Assembly (NCBI GenBank): GCA_025603075.1
Contig: MU626291.1
Span: 1 to 64,000, forward strand
Source of the DNA: Neoconidiobolus thromboides FSU 785
Taxonomy: Eukaryota; Fungi; Entomophthoromycota
Reading direction: 5' to 3'
DNA length: 64,000 nucleotides
Shown: one piece after another, positions 23,160 to 36,700 of the stretch
Layout: each line of letters starts with the position of its first letter
Position numbering within the stretch: the first letter of the stretch is position 1
Program-made: the position numbers and the translations under genes
The notes under the pieces: model-generated
Seen by the model: the letters and a program-made list of their open reading frames with translations, nothing else
Told to the model about the DNA's origin: nothing
Database searches by the model: none

Positions 23160-24452
23160 TTAATAACCTTTCTTATTGCATTTGGATTTCAATTTTGGGA
23201 ATTTATTTTGGTTAACAAGGGCCGCTTCAGATATAAAATTCTTATCTGAGTTTAAAACAGAAATAAATTGAGCAAACTGTCTTTCCAACTGACGTACCAT
23301 AGATACATCATAGCCTAAAGTTAACAAAAATTCTTCTCTTTGTGGAATTGGTACTCTTAACTTATACTTATCACTACGATCATAAGCGGAGGGTGCATTA
23401 ATACCATTCATGACATAATTAAGATTATATTCTCTCAAATCTTGAGTTTCGTCGCATTCAACTTCAGTATAAGCATCGATTGGTTTAATTAAAGTCATTT
23501 GGTTTGCTTTATTAAACAATTCATTAACATCATACCCGTTTCTACGTGTCAATTTGGCACTTTGGGTCCAAGAGTAATGATCTTCTGGGTAATAATAACA
23601 TAGGTTATTTTCAGTATCCATTACATCTCTTGTCGTAATATTAAATGAATTTAATTTAGCATCTAAATTAGGAACTGTGTCATCAAAGGCATATTCTGTA
23701 TCACGTTCTCCATTGCCTCTTTTTACCCAAGTATACCATAATTTGTCAACAAATGCATGATGAGAATAAAATAAAGGATCAGAAGGGGAACCATGACCAG
23801 AGAAATCAGCACCGATACCATTGTGTATTAAACCGTGAGGACCAGCTTCGACACGATTCCAGAAGGTTTTGAAGTCTTTTGAATTTAAGATCATGCCATT
23901 GATAACATCAGGACTCAACCAAGGAGTCATTTTTTTATCGATCTGATTAAAACTACGTTTTAATAAATGTACATTGTTACCACCGTATACTTTAAAATTA
24001 GCAAAACTTCCATCATCGATTTGATTGTTGTTACTTGGTACCCCATTACCACCAAATCTTCTACTTGCAAATACAGGATCGTTTTCTGGGTTTTGGGAGT
24101 AATTAGTCCAATCCCAATATGGAATTACTACACTGGGGTCAATATTTTGCAACTCTCTTTCAAGTACAAATAGGAAAGCACGATGCCAAGAAAAAAAGGA
24201 AGCTTTTGAATGAATAGACGAATAAATGGATTGATGCAATTGACTTAATTTATCCCACTTAGTTGGCCTGGTACCATTATTCAATTTGTAAATAGCATTG
24301 ACATAGTTATCCCATTGTTTTTGAGATAAAGTATAGATACTTGGTCTTTGATGAACTCCATTTTCACAATTTCCTACCCTCGTAGTGGCATAAAATTCAG
24401 ATTGAGAATAAGTTATATTTACAAGTAATAGCAACAACAAATATTTCAACAT
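23160..24452 (-). CDS. Secreted tyrosinase (type 3 copper protein)
   Basis: Signal-like N-terminus; CuA LHQ...IH...FFSWHRAFL; IPYWDW; CuB PHGLIHNGIG...SPSDPLFYSHHAFVDKLW; intronless. Confidence 0.93.
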   Translation of the reverse strand: MLKYLLLLLLVNITYSQSEFYATTRVGNCENGVHQRPSIYTLSQKQWDNYVNAIYKLNNGTRPTKWDKLSQLHQSIYSSIHSKASFFSWHRAFLFVLERELQNIDPSVVIPYWDWTNYSQNPENDPVFASRRFGGNGVPSNNNQIDDGSFANFKVYGGNNVHLLKRSFNQIDKKMTPWLSPDVINGMILNSKDFKTFWNRVEAGPHGLIHNGIGADFSGHGSPSDPLFYSHHAFVDKLWYTWVKRGNGERDTEYAFDDTVPNLDAKLNSFNITTRDVMDTENNLCYYYPEDHYSWTQSAKLTRRNGYDVNELFNKANQMTLIKPIDAYTEVECDETQDLREYNLNYVMNGINAPSAYDRSDKYKLRVPIPQREEFLLTLGYDVSMVRQLERQFAQFISVLNSDKNFISEAALVNQNKFPKLKSKCNKKGY

Positions 24453-26143
24453 GGCTCAATTAATTATTAGATAGATAGATAGATAGTATTAAATAACTTA
24501 ATAACTACGATTAATTTTTAATAAGCAAAAAAATTAACTTTTTTATACACTTTATTTATTGTTTATATATTTTACTGTTACCCCGTTCCTTTTAAAAATC
24601 CTCCAATAAAATCATGTATGTATTAATGAATTATTTTATATCTTAATATTCGTTTCTATATTTATTTATTTGGTTCTTAAAGTATTAAATTCAAGCTAAT
24701 CTATCACATTCTTTTTTTTATTGCCCCTTAATGGTTGTAAGTTACTGACAATACTGGATTTCAATAAAAAATAGCTCACCTCTAATTAAAATAGACAGAG
24801 ATGACTTCATGACTTTAATTACCCCAGAATCTATAACTTTTATTCGCTATAAAATTTAAAAAGTGTATAAGCATTATAATCCGCTAAATTTTTGAGTGGT
24901 GTTATTTACCTTTAATTACTCAAATCTATTTAAAGAGTGATATTTCAATTTATCAAATGATTAGTTCCTACTAAATAATAGTAATTAGTCTTATTGTATT
25001 TGTTATATTTATTATATTTATTATATTTATTATACTTCATACTTTACAATTTTTAATAAGCATTATTAAAATTAAGTTTACCATCCGTTTGGTCATTAAA
25101 TAAATAATATTTTTAAATATTCCAAATTTAGTAAATAGTGGATAAGCTTTAGTTGAAATCATTTTATTTTTTATTTATTTTGATTCGTTTTCATAAAGCG
25201 TTTTCTTCTTTAAACTTTATCACCACCTTATTTCATATAGCAGATTTCTTGGAATTTTTATTTTTATTTTTAATATCTAATCCAAGATTTTTAATATTAA
25301 ATATTCCTCCCATTTTTTAATAAAAATTCATCTATTTTTAACTTTATTATAATTTTTACTTATTTGTTAATTCTGGCTATTAACTTAATAGCACTCTGTT
25401 TATTCTAATACCTCTGTAAATTATTAATTTATTAGTTATTTATTTTTTATATTAGTTGATAACACTATTTTTATATAATCTTAGCTGACTTCTTCTAAAT
25501 ATAATATCACTTAAAGGAAGTTATTTTATATTCTTATTTTACGTCAAGATCGTAAAAATAGGATTTCTTTTAACAATACAATGCTATATTGAAAACGGAA
25601 ATAGAAATTGTGGTAACTTAGTATGCATGCTCATTAACTTCAAACAAAGTTAACAAATGTGATTAAAATTATATCACTCTGTCAAAAGTAGTTTTATTAT
25701 TAAATTTATATAATTAAATACATGCTAAACAACTTTCATTTCGGTTAATACCAGATACTTTTATAAATAACTTTTTCCCTTTATTTGACAGCATCATCTA
25801 TTTTTATTTATTAACTCTGATTAATGTATTGTTATACTAGACTGTTTATTAATTCCTATTGTTTACTTTTGTACTACACTTCTTGGTATCTAAAATCCGG
25901 AGTAATGCCTGGGCTAATTAAAACTAAGGTTTAATTTTATTGTGATTTATAAAGTGATAACTTGGTATTATATATATCTAGTATTAGTTAAAAATAGTGA
26001 TTTTAATTAACTTTAAAAAAAACTAAAAAATATAGTCTTTTATCAACTAATTTTTTCGAACCTACTATTTTAATCTAGTAAAAGACTTGTCCTTAAGAGT
26101 TTAGAATTTTCAAAAAAATGATACAATTTACTAAAATTTTAAC

Positions 26144-26248
26144 ATATGGGGATGTATTTTTGTGTTTAAGAATTTTATTAATAATTTTTCCGCTTAATAG
26201 CGCTTAAAAATGGAAAAAATAATGAAGTCAAAAAAAACACTCCCATAT
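26144..26248 (+). mobile_element. MITE copy (ATAT TSD)
   Basis: ATAT-GGGGATGT...ACACTCCC-ATAT. Confidence 0.9.
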
Positions 26249-26771
26249 TGAATAAACTTCAGATAATTATCAAATCGTTTTGCATAATTTTTTTTATCCC
26301 TTGATGGATTCCTTTGGTCGAATTGGATGGGAAGTATACAAAGCTCGTGACCAGATCTTATAGTAACCATTGCTAGTCAGTTTTAGAATGATTATACTTT
26401 CCACATTTATAAAATTTTGTCAAATTTCCTTGAGTTAAAGTTCCTAGTTAATATTTCGAAATGAGTATAACAAAATACAAAAAAATAGATACAGTTAGTT
26501 TATTTAATTGATACAGTCATATTTTGTAAAAATAACAGTGACTTATTGAATTTGAAGAAAAGTAGACCTTTGTATTTAGTTAGTTGCTACTACTTTTACA
26601 AAATATGAGCTGTATCGATTAAATAGATTAACTGTATTTATTTTTTCGTATTTTGTTATGGGTTTTTAAAAAAATATGAGTTATGCACAAAGGTAATCAA
26701 TCATAATCATGTTTTTTATAACTTTTGATAATTATTAAATTTTAAGCGCCATAACAAATGGACAAAATATC

Positions 26772-26874
26772 AAATAGGGCGTATTTTTTTGTTTAAGGAT
26801 TTTACTAACAATCTTTGAGCTCAAATAGCGCTTAAAAAATGGAAAAAGTAACGAAACCAAGAAACATCCCAAAT
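26772..26874 (+). mobile_element. MITE copy (AAAT TSD)
   Basis: AAAT at 26772-26775 and 26871-26874. Confidence 0.85.
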
Positions 26875-27121
26875 TAATTTTTTTTAAACTTCATGATTAA
26901 ATTTTTGATATATCTAGTTATGAATATCTGATAATTTAATCATCGTAATGTTAATTATAAGGCTTAATATCGCTTCTTTAACTAGCCATACACTCAATCT
27001 TTCTGCGAGCCATACACAGCTGCCTCTCTTAAAGACCTCCTCTCATCTCACACACAGCCATGGACTGTTAATTTTAATTTTAATTTTACATAGGAACTCT
27101 TACTTAATTTTGGCTTTCTAC

Positions 27122-27224
27122 ATATGGGGATATGTTTTTTTATTTAAGAATTTTACTACAATTTTTCCACTCAAATAGTGCTTAAAAATGAAAAGATAAC
27201 GAAACTAAAAAAACAGCCCCATAT
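27122..27224 (+). mobile_element. MITE copy (ATAT TSD)
   Basis: ATAT-GGGGATAT...ACAGCCCC-ATAT. Confidence 0.9.
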
Positions 27225-27249
27225 GATTTAATATGGAATAAATAGCAAT

Positions 27250-27357
27250 AATTGGGGCTGTTTTTTTTTGGTTTCATAACTTTTTCCATTTTTTTAAGCA
27301 CTATTTGAGTGGAAAAATTGTTAGTAAAATTATTAAGCAAAACATGCATCCCCAATT
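27250..27357 (-). mobile_element. MITE copy (AATT TSD)
   Basis: AATT-GGGGCTGT...GCATCCCC-AATT. Confidence 0.9.
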
Positions 27358-27985
27358 GTAAATTCATATTAAATATTAGGACTAATCTACTTAGAATAGT
27401 TTTACAAAATTTATAGTATGATATAAACTAAATAAACTCAAATAGTTTTATATAAAAGCAATTATAATTCAATGCTTCAAAAAAAACAATTGCATTAGTT
27501 AACTATCTTAATTGTTCTAAAAGCAAAATGCTTTGATTTTTCTAAAATAAAATAAAATAAAATAAAATATTTGAAATACTTTTTTATAAATACCTTTTAA
27601 ATGATACTATAATTTTAATTATAAATCAATACCTATAATTACAACTACATAGCTTTTAATAGAACGTTATAATAATCTGAAAATATTTATAAGTTAATTT
27701 AAAATTAAAAAACAAAAATAAAAATGAAGTCGAAAATAAAATTTATCACTTATTTTATAAAACTATAAGTAACAAAAATAGATTTATATAGTAACAAAAT
27801 TTATTAGCTACTATAAGAGCTTTATAAATAATTTCGGTATATTATTATATTTGAAACTCATATAGTTCAACTATAGTATACATAAATTTCACTTTAAATA
27901 AGATTATTTTATATAGACTTCACAATAAAGCATGACAGTTGCACATTAAAACATAATCAAAATAAGAATAAAATTTACTCAATTT

Positions 27986-29240
27986 TTATTCCAAAGACTC
28001 CAAAACTGGCTTCATAAATTGGGGTATTATAAACTTTAATTTAACTTTGATATCCTTTTCATTTCCGCGAATTATAGCCTCCAATTCATTTTCATTTTGT
28101 TTAGGTATATGATTTAGTCGAAATAATACTATTAATTGATTTTGATTTTGATACATAATTTTACCCACTGATTTTTTACTTGTTTCTGATAAAAAGATAT
28201 CATAATTTATCAAATCTAAGTGGCTGTATAAAAAAATATCGATGTAAATAAAAAATTATAAAAAATCATTAAAATACTTACTTTATTTCTTGTTCCAGTA
28301 CTTTAATTGAAAATAATCGTTTTCTAATGACCCCTTTATGATGCGTTCGAATAGTTAATTCTTGACCAATATAGCATCCTTTTCTAAAATGAATTCCATT
28401 TAATAACTCTAAATTGCTTTCCATGGGTAAGGAAGTCATGGGCAATATGCCAAGATTAGTCTCTGCTATACCATTAGTTAATAATTTTAACTTATATGAT
28501 CCGTAATCTTGTAATTCGATCGAATGTTTTTTTATATATGCTTCAAAGCCTAATATATTATAGTTAATTATTTTTATTTTATTTTAATATTATACTTTTA
28601 AGAAATTACCTTTTTCTCCTTTAGGTATTATACACCTTTTGCCCATTAATTTCAGCCTTGGATCTTCATTAATAATACATTCATCATTTATTTCACTCTC
28701 TATTTTATTCTCTTCAGATAGTTGAAATAAATCAAACTCATTTGAAACTTCTTTAATATGCACTTTAGCGATTAATTTATACTTTTTTAAGTGCGATAAT
28801 ATAGTCTCTTTTTGTTCCATTGGATAATCCATAAAAAAAGACGGATTTGAATCTTTATTATTTTTGTTTTGGTAAATAAAACTATCAAACATTACTCGAC
28901 CCTAGAAAAAATAAAGAATCAAAATTAAATATTCATGTATTAAAACTGATTGAATAAAAATCAATCTTACCTGTGGTGTTAAAAACGCATTATATTGACA
29001 ATTAGGTGTATCTTTTTCATTTAATGTTACTAAATTTGTACTCATTCCATTTAAAAATTTAATACTATCGGGGCCTTGAATGCTCAATAGGCCTCGACCT
29101 AAATTGAGAGAAATTAGCTCAGTATTTCCATGCTTGGAAATATACTGTCTGGTTATCGATGTATTTACAGAATTAAAAATGTGTTTAGTTAAGCGGATTC
29201 TGGTTAGATTAGTGTTGAAATTAAGATATTGTTTTAACAT
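27986..29240 (-). CDS. IBA57: Mitochondrial Fe-S maturation factor IBA57/CAF17 (YgfZ family, multi-exon)
   Basis: RGLLSIQGPDSIKFLNG, AFLTPQ|GRVMFD, DPRL, LPMESNL...KGCYIGQELTIRTHHKG signature in the exon near 28340-28450. Confidence 0.88.
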
Positions 29241-29564
29241 TTCGATTTAGTAGATATCGACCTTATTGAATTTAAATTATGTTTACTATACTTGTGATGT
29301 TAATTCGATAATGGAATTATGTAATTGGATTTATCTTCTATTATTATAGTCTAACTAAATATAAATATGGTATATATTTTTTGTTGGTTGTAAAAATGGA
29401 TTAATTTGATCTTATTTTAAAGTATTAATTATTTTAATGCACTTGTCATCAAATTTTAAAAAAAATCCCATGAAATTTTAATTTATTGCCAAAATTCATC
29501 ATACAAAAAATTAACTCAATATTTACTAGCTAATAATATTTTTTTTTTTAAGAAGCAGATAAAA

Positions 29565-32500
29565 ATGGGAGATTCGACTATAGTGACAATCCAAAGTGAA
29601 TTTCAATCTTTATTGCAATTACAAAAAAGTTTACCTTTAGAAACTATATTAAATAATAATTTACATTGTCATGTTAGTACACTTCCTCATTATGATTTAC
29701 ATTATTATAATAAACTCCCAGATGTAATTCAATCTCATTTGAAAGATGACAATTATCGTTCAGGATTTTTAAAACCATGGAATCAAATTTACTATATTAT
29801 CAATAATTTATTATTTCTATGGGATTTTACTAATAACAATATTCAACAAATAGATATGCAATATAATATAATTGCTTGTGAAGTTATTTCTCCAAAGCCA
29901 AACTGTTTCGATAAAGAGATTAAAGAGGTACTTTTAATAGCTAATGAGAATGAAATTGGATTATTTAATAGGGTGAAAGATGAAAATAATCAATATCAAT
30001 TATTCAAAAGTAAATATTTTATTAATGGTCAATTTAATCAACAATTCCATGTTACTAGTAGTAAATCTGGTAGAGTATTTTTGAGTTGTGGAGATAATAT
30101 AATGGAATTAGATTATCAATTACAAGATAGCCTTTTTTATAATAGTTGTCGATTAATTAAATTAAAATGGGATTTATTTGGCTTAACGCAATTATTTTAT
30201 AATACTAAAAAAGAGAGTTGTATTATTAAGTTGATAGTGGATGATGAAAGAAACATATGTTATTCACTTAACCAAGAAGGTGTTATTACTATTATTAATA
30301 TTTCTAAGGGACAATTTAATGTAGTTGGTAAGGTTAATGTTAAAGAAAAAGCAAAAGAATTTATCTTTCATAACGGAGTTTATAACATCATAGATATTCA
30401 ACTCATTTCAGTAAAAGAATCAAATATCATTAAATTGTTAGTTATAGATAATTTGGCTAATCATCTTTATTTTGCGTCCTCAATAGAAAATGATAATTCG
30501 TTAACAAATTTATCAGTATATTATGCGTTCCATAATAATAGTTTCAACAATAACGATATTATCAATAATGTTAATTATTACAATCGTGGTCTTTATTTAC
30601 ATAGTTTTTATAATAACAATAATGAAACTGAAGTTTATTTACAATATATGGATAGAACAGAAGGATTAATCAATCATACGACTAGTTTAATTCAAAATAA
30701 GTTAAAATTGAAGGGAAGAGTATTAGATATTATAGAATGGGATATTAATTTTAATCAAAAATTAAATATTTACAATCAACAAAGTATATCTCTAGAATTA
30801 GAAGAAAGTTTAAATCAATGCTATTCAGTTAATAGAAATTTTGTAATATTAACAAAAGAAAACATTTATATAATTAATAAATTAAGGCCAATCGATCAAT
30901 TACAATATATTTATAAATCTATTTATGATGAGTCAAAAGATTACTTAAAATTGAAAAATACAATGGAAAAATTTAATAATAATATTCAATTATTTATTCA
31001 ATTATATGGAAAACAGTTCACGATTTATTGTTTATTATTATTATCTTCAAAAAATAATTTTATTATTCAAAGGAATACTTTTAATCACAACGTATTTAAT
31101 TATTTAGGCTCAACCCCTTCTTCTTATAAATTAACTAAACAATATAATCAAACAATTAATGAATTAACGAAAGAAGATGATAAACTATTAGTTAAAGGTT
31201 ATTTATTATTATTAGTTAATATAATTCAACCAATTTATAATAATAATGGTATTAAAGTAAAACACATTGAAGGAGGAAATAGTATCAATATATTTTTTAA
31301 CATTGATTTAAAATGTTTAGAGTTTATTAAATTAATATTAGAATCTATATTAGAATCATCTAATAATCTAAATCAACAAGAAGAACAGTCTCAACAACTA
31401 ATAGATGTTTTTAAATTATTTAAAAAAACATTAAGTATCATTCATTTCTTTATTTCATTTCAACAGTTTAATGTATTAAATCTAATATCAAAACAATCAG
31501 AAATAATAATTGACAATTTTAATCAATTGTCATTTAAAAATTTATTCAATTATAATGAAAAATCAATTAATTTAATTCAAGATATTTATCTATTATTTTT
31601 AATCAACAATAACGAATTAAATATACAAGTAAGTTATAGTTTATTATATTATACAATCTAATTTAAGTTGATTTATTTATACATTTTTAATAGAAAGAGA
31701 AACTTGTTGATTATTATACAAAAAACTGTTTATATTTAGTAGATATTAATCAAGTAATTGTTACTCAGGTAAATTAAGTTACATATATAAAATGATATTT
31801 ATTTACTTATTTATTTTGTTAGGCACATAATAAATTATCAAATATTGATAGTAATATGATAAGTAATGAAATAAGATACTCAATGAAAGATGTAATTGGG
31901 CTGATTAATTATTTAATTGAACCGGTTAATTATCAACAATTGTTACAATTAAGTGAAAAATTAAGTCAATTGGGTTATCTTTGGGAGGCTTTATTATTAT
32001 GCTGTAAGAACGTTAATCGAACAAATAATGAAATAATAGAACAAATTCAATTAATGGAAATTTTATTAAATTATTTAAAACCAGAATTTAATAATTATAA
32101 ATTACAATTAAGTAGTAAAAGTAATAAAAATAAAATAACAGATAACATAATCAACTATTTAGATAAATTATTATTATGTGGTAATAAACCAATATTTTAT
32201 TCAAGTATTATTAATTGGTTTAATAACAATAATTTATTAAATGTGTTATTAAGTTGTCAATCTAAATCATTTTTAATTTATTTAAAATATTCGAATGAAA
32301 TTCAATGTCAATTAATTTATTGTGAATATTTAATGATTCATTATCAATTTAATGAAGCTAGTTTTAAACTATTTAATACTGCTAAAATAGAAAGGTAAAT
32401 AATACATAATAATAATAATAGTAGTAATGCCTTATAATTTCATAGTGAAAATTTAAATTTAGATGATCGACTAAGTTTATTATTAAAAGCCAAGCTAGTT

Positions 32501-33217
32501 ACAATCTACAATACTAATTTTAAATCGGAATCAATAAGGAAAAATCATTTAAAGTTAATTGATGATAATATCATGTCAACTAAATTACAATTCTTTATGA
32601 TTGAAGAATCTAAACTATATTTGAAATATAATATTATTTCAAATCAATTAAAATTTAACACAATTGAAAATATTAATAAGGTAAAAAATAATATTATAAA
32701 TCAAGATGCTAATATTGAAATATTATTAATAATACTCTTATATTTAGAACATCACTATAATTGAAGAAGAATCATTATATCTATCAAAGATATATCATTT
32801 ATATCTAAAAAAAGAACTAATGAATTTAAAGTCACTCGAAGAAAAATTACATTCCTTTATAATTAACGGTAAGTTTTAATTTAGCTCAAATTTATTTTAT
32901 CAGAGTTAATTATTAATAATAATTTTAGTATCTCAAAAATTACCTCGTGAAAAAGTAATTGAATTATTATCTTCTGCTTTTCTATTATTAAGGAAGTATG
33001 CTTTTCAATCCAATCATTCACCTTCTTTAAGTAAATTATTATTTAATATTGATTCATTTGATTTTACTAACTTTTATTTTTTATTATTTTAGAATCTTAT
33101 TGGAGTATATTAACTACATTACCAAATAGGGAACAAATTAATTTTACAGATTTAGTAATTAAGCAATTTCTTCAACTTCTTGGCTTCGATATAACAGAAA
33201 TTCAAGCGTTGAATTAG
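29565..33217 (+). CDS. Nup170/Nup155-family nucleoporin paralog N1 (7 exons, shortest C-terminus)
   Basis: SGRVFLSCGDNIMELDYQ, IVDDERNICYSL, RNFVILTKENIYIINKLRPIDQL, LNLDDRLSLLLKA. Exons 29565-31628, 31694-31768, 31823-32394, 32446-32680, 32748-32868, 32929-33030, 33093-33217 are phase-consistent. Confidence 0.8.
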
Positions 33218-33746
33218 ATTCAAAGTTTTATATCCCTTTTCATCTTAGCTTTATGACTTAATTGATAGTCAATGAATAAAAATTTTAACCTACGTTTTTA
33301 AGATAAATTGATAAATGTTACCTTTTTTATCATAATTTGAGATTTGTAGTTTGAATTTATGAATTTATTTTGTTTTTTAAGGGATAAAACGTTATTGAAG
33401 AATAGTTAAATTGATTTATTATTTACATATAACTTTTTGAAGGTTATAGTAATCATAAGCGGTTCGTTTATGAACAAAATCTGAGTGTACTATAAGAGAT
33501 ATACTAAACAAAAGAGTTGTTAATCATTTTTTATTAACTTTCAATATTAAATAGTTAATTAGCTAAGGATAGCAATAGTTATTTTTAAGTATTAATTTTT
33601 TACAGCTATTTCTTCTAAAATAAAGTTACTTCATTGAACCAATCAAACTCATCAAATAAACACCTGTTTTATGCAATCAAAAGATAATAATAACCTTCCA
33701 AAAATTATGGGAATTCATAATTCATTTCTCTCCAATATTTTCAAGA

Positions 33747-36700
33747 ATGCAGGAGTATAATTTTAATAAACTAACCAATAAAGCTTATTTCAAGCAACGA
33801 GGTTATAATGAGCCTGAACCATTTATACGTCCTGAGCCCGTAACAAAAATTCAAGAAGAACGTTATAAATCTACTGCAAGATCCCAGTTGGTTCATAATC
33901 TCAATTTATTATCTCCAGAAAATAATGATTTGGGGAATTTATTACTTACTCTACCAGAAAAATTTAGTTATGCAATAAAGAATTCAACTTTTGTGGATGG
34001 ACCTACCAATTTTCCAATAGCATTAAAAGAAAAGATAGAAGAATCTAAAGAAGATATCAAAGCTGGATTTTTAGGATATTTAAATTTTGCTTATTTTATA
34101 ATTGATGGAAATTTATATCTTTGGAATTATCAACAAGATGTTATTAAAGTAGAACTACAAAAAAGTGATTGTTTAAGTGTACATTTAGCTAAAGCAAAAA
34201 AAGAGTGTTTTGATGACAATGTAGAATGGACATTGATGATTTGTTGTAAAAGTACATTATCGGTAGTAGGAATATATTTTGATATTGAGAAAAATTTACA
34301 ATTTGCTTATTCCCCATATACTTTAGAATATGCCTTTTCTAAAGATGTTACAATGGTTTCAACTATTGATGGCAGAGTGTTTTTTACTAATAATGATGAA
34401 ATTTATGAAGTATTTTATCAGCTTAGAGAAACCTTATTTTCTCGTCGACTTGAAGTCAAAAAGTTAACTTCACCCAACTTAATGTCTTCTCTTTTTGGTT
34501 CAACCAGTGGGTATAGTAAAATCGTATTAGATGAAGATAGAAAGTTATTATATGCATTTAAATCCATTGAGGAAATTGTTATGATTAGTTTAGGTGAAAA
34601 AGGAAATCAGTTTATAGTTCAAAAAAGTTTCAAATTTGATACAACTAATATTGATCCTTTATATAGTCCTAAAATTATGGAAGCTCTTGCTTCGGGTATT
34701 ATTGAATTACATCCTATTCCTTTAGCTCAATCAAATATTGTTAGATTTGTTATTTTAACGCATAACGGTGCAAGCATATTTTATAGAGAAAATAAAAATT
34801 CAATAAATAATAGGGCACTTCCATTAGAATATCATGCTTTTCTTAGCCCTGCAGCTACAATCAATATCGATTTATCTCCCGTTACATTTTATAATAATGG
34901 ATTGACATTATCATCTTATAAAAAGGAAGAAAAAACATTGATTAGTTCACGTTATTTAGAAAGTACACCCGGATTAAATGATAATAAGATTAATGATTTA
35001 GTTTATAATTATTATGTTAAAGGAGATGTACTGGATATGATTGAGTTACCACCTGTTCCAACGGACCTTATATCAACAAAAAACAATGGAATTTCATTAG
35101 TAACACCGGATGATACAGTAGGGCAATATTATCGACCATTTCGTACTTTTATGATATTAACAACTGAAGGTTTGTATTGTATACAAAAATTTCGACCAAT
35201 TGATTGCTTGGAAGAAGCCATTACAAAGAGTCCCAATGATCGAGTAGAAAATTTTAAATTTAATTCAATATTAGAGTATTATGGAAAAGCAGAAGTTATT
35301 TGTATGTTGTTATTTTTATTATCTCATCATCCAGTGAGTAGAATGGGTAAATCAGGGTATACTGGAATGTATGGTATAGTAAATAGACCAACAAGACAAA
35401 TTAAATTAATGAAGCAATGCTATAAATATATTGAAAAAATCAAAGATAAAGCTACTTTACAAAGTATTGAAGTTAATTCACTTAAAAAATATTGGGCTCC
35501 TGGAAGTACAATTTGGATTAAAAATAGCGCTAGTTATATTGGATTTTTAAAATTAGTTACAAGATTATTACAACCTATTTGGAAAACTCATTTTATTAAA
35601 TCATTAATTATTGATAATAATAACACATTTGAATTTGGTGCATCAAAAGATATTTTAGATGTTATTAATCCTAATTTAACAGCTGTTATTAATTTAATTC
35701 ATAATATATCTCATTATAATGAATATAAACGATTAGGTACTGAAGAAAATGATACACTAACAGGGCCAACTTCTGTAGTAAATAATAATTTAGAATCGGA
35801 ATGGGAAGAAATCGAGTTATTTAGACAGTTAAGACAACAAGTAGATCGTGCTAGAGAATTAATTAACTTTCAACAAATCTTACTTGAGCTTAATGATGCT
35901 GGAATATTCAATTCACTTGAACAGGATACAATTAATAAAATAAGTTCACTTACTTTTGAAGACTTAACAGATATAAATAAATGGCACATATTGTTCAATC
36001 AAATAATAGCCGTGGTAGTTAAAGAAAAGGGAACTTCATCAACAGAAAATGTATCTGTGTTAAGTCCATTCAAACATTTCTGTCCTAACATATTATCAGA
36101 AGATAGTTATCATTATTTCAAAGGACTTGAAAACATATTAATTGCTAGTGTCCAACCCTCCTTTCACTTATCTACTTTATTTATTCGATTAGCACAAGAT
36201 TCCTTTGATGAAATGAAAACTATTTTATCAACAGATAAACTTTTAGGTATTATTCAAGACTATTGTGAGTTAGGTTTTTGTAATGGAGCTTTAATGGCCA
36301 TTGCAAATACAATCACAAAGATTAATAACCAAAAATTGGAATTAAACTTTGAAGCTAAAAAAATAGAAATTCAAGATTATTACCAATTAGCTATTATACC
36401 ATTGACTCATATTTATCCAATAATGAAAGCCAATTTTAATGCGTTTGAATTTACTAAAGATTATAGAAACATAAAAGCAAGTTTGATGAAGATCTTTAAT
36501 TCATGTTTAGATAAAAACTTCCATTATGTTATTTATGAATGGTTTATGGAATCTGGTCATATTAAAATGTTAATTGAATTCCAAACACCTTATTTAGAAC
36601 AATTTTTAAAAGAAAAACATAGTTCTATTGATAATGAATTTTTACAAAGATATTTATCCCATCATAAGCGTTACTTAGAAGCTACTGAAATTTACTTTAA

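Noticed and set aside
24950-25500. Possible decayed minus-strand coding or LINE remnant
   Set aside because: Only short frames with many stops and no recognisable motif.
33131-33217. Apparent frameshift or early stop near the 3' end of N1
   Set aside because: Coordinate arithmetic shows LLG at 33176-33184 is in frame with the exon start; the frame is continuous to TAG at 33215-33217.
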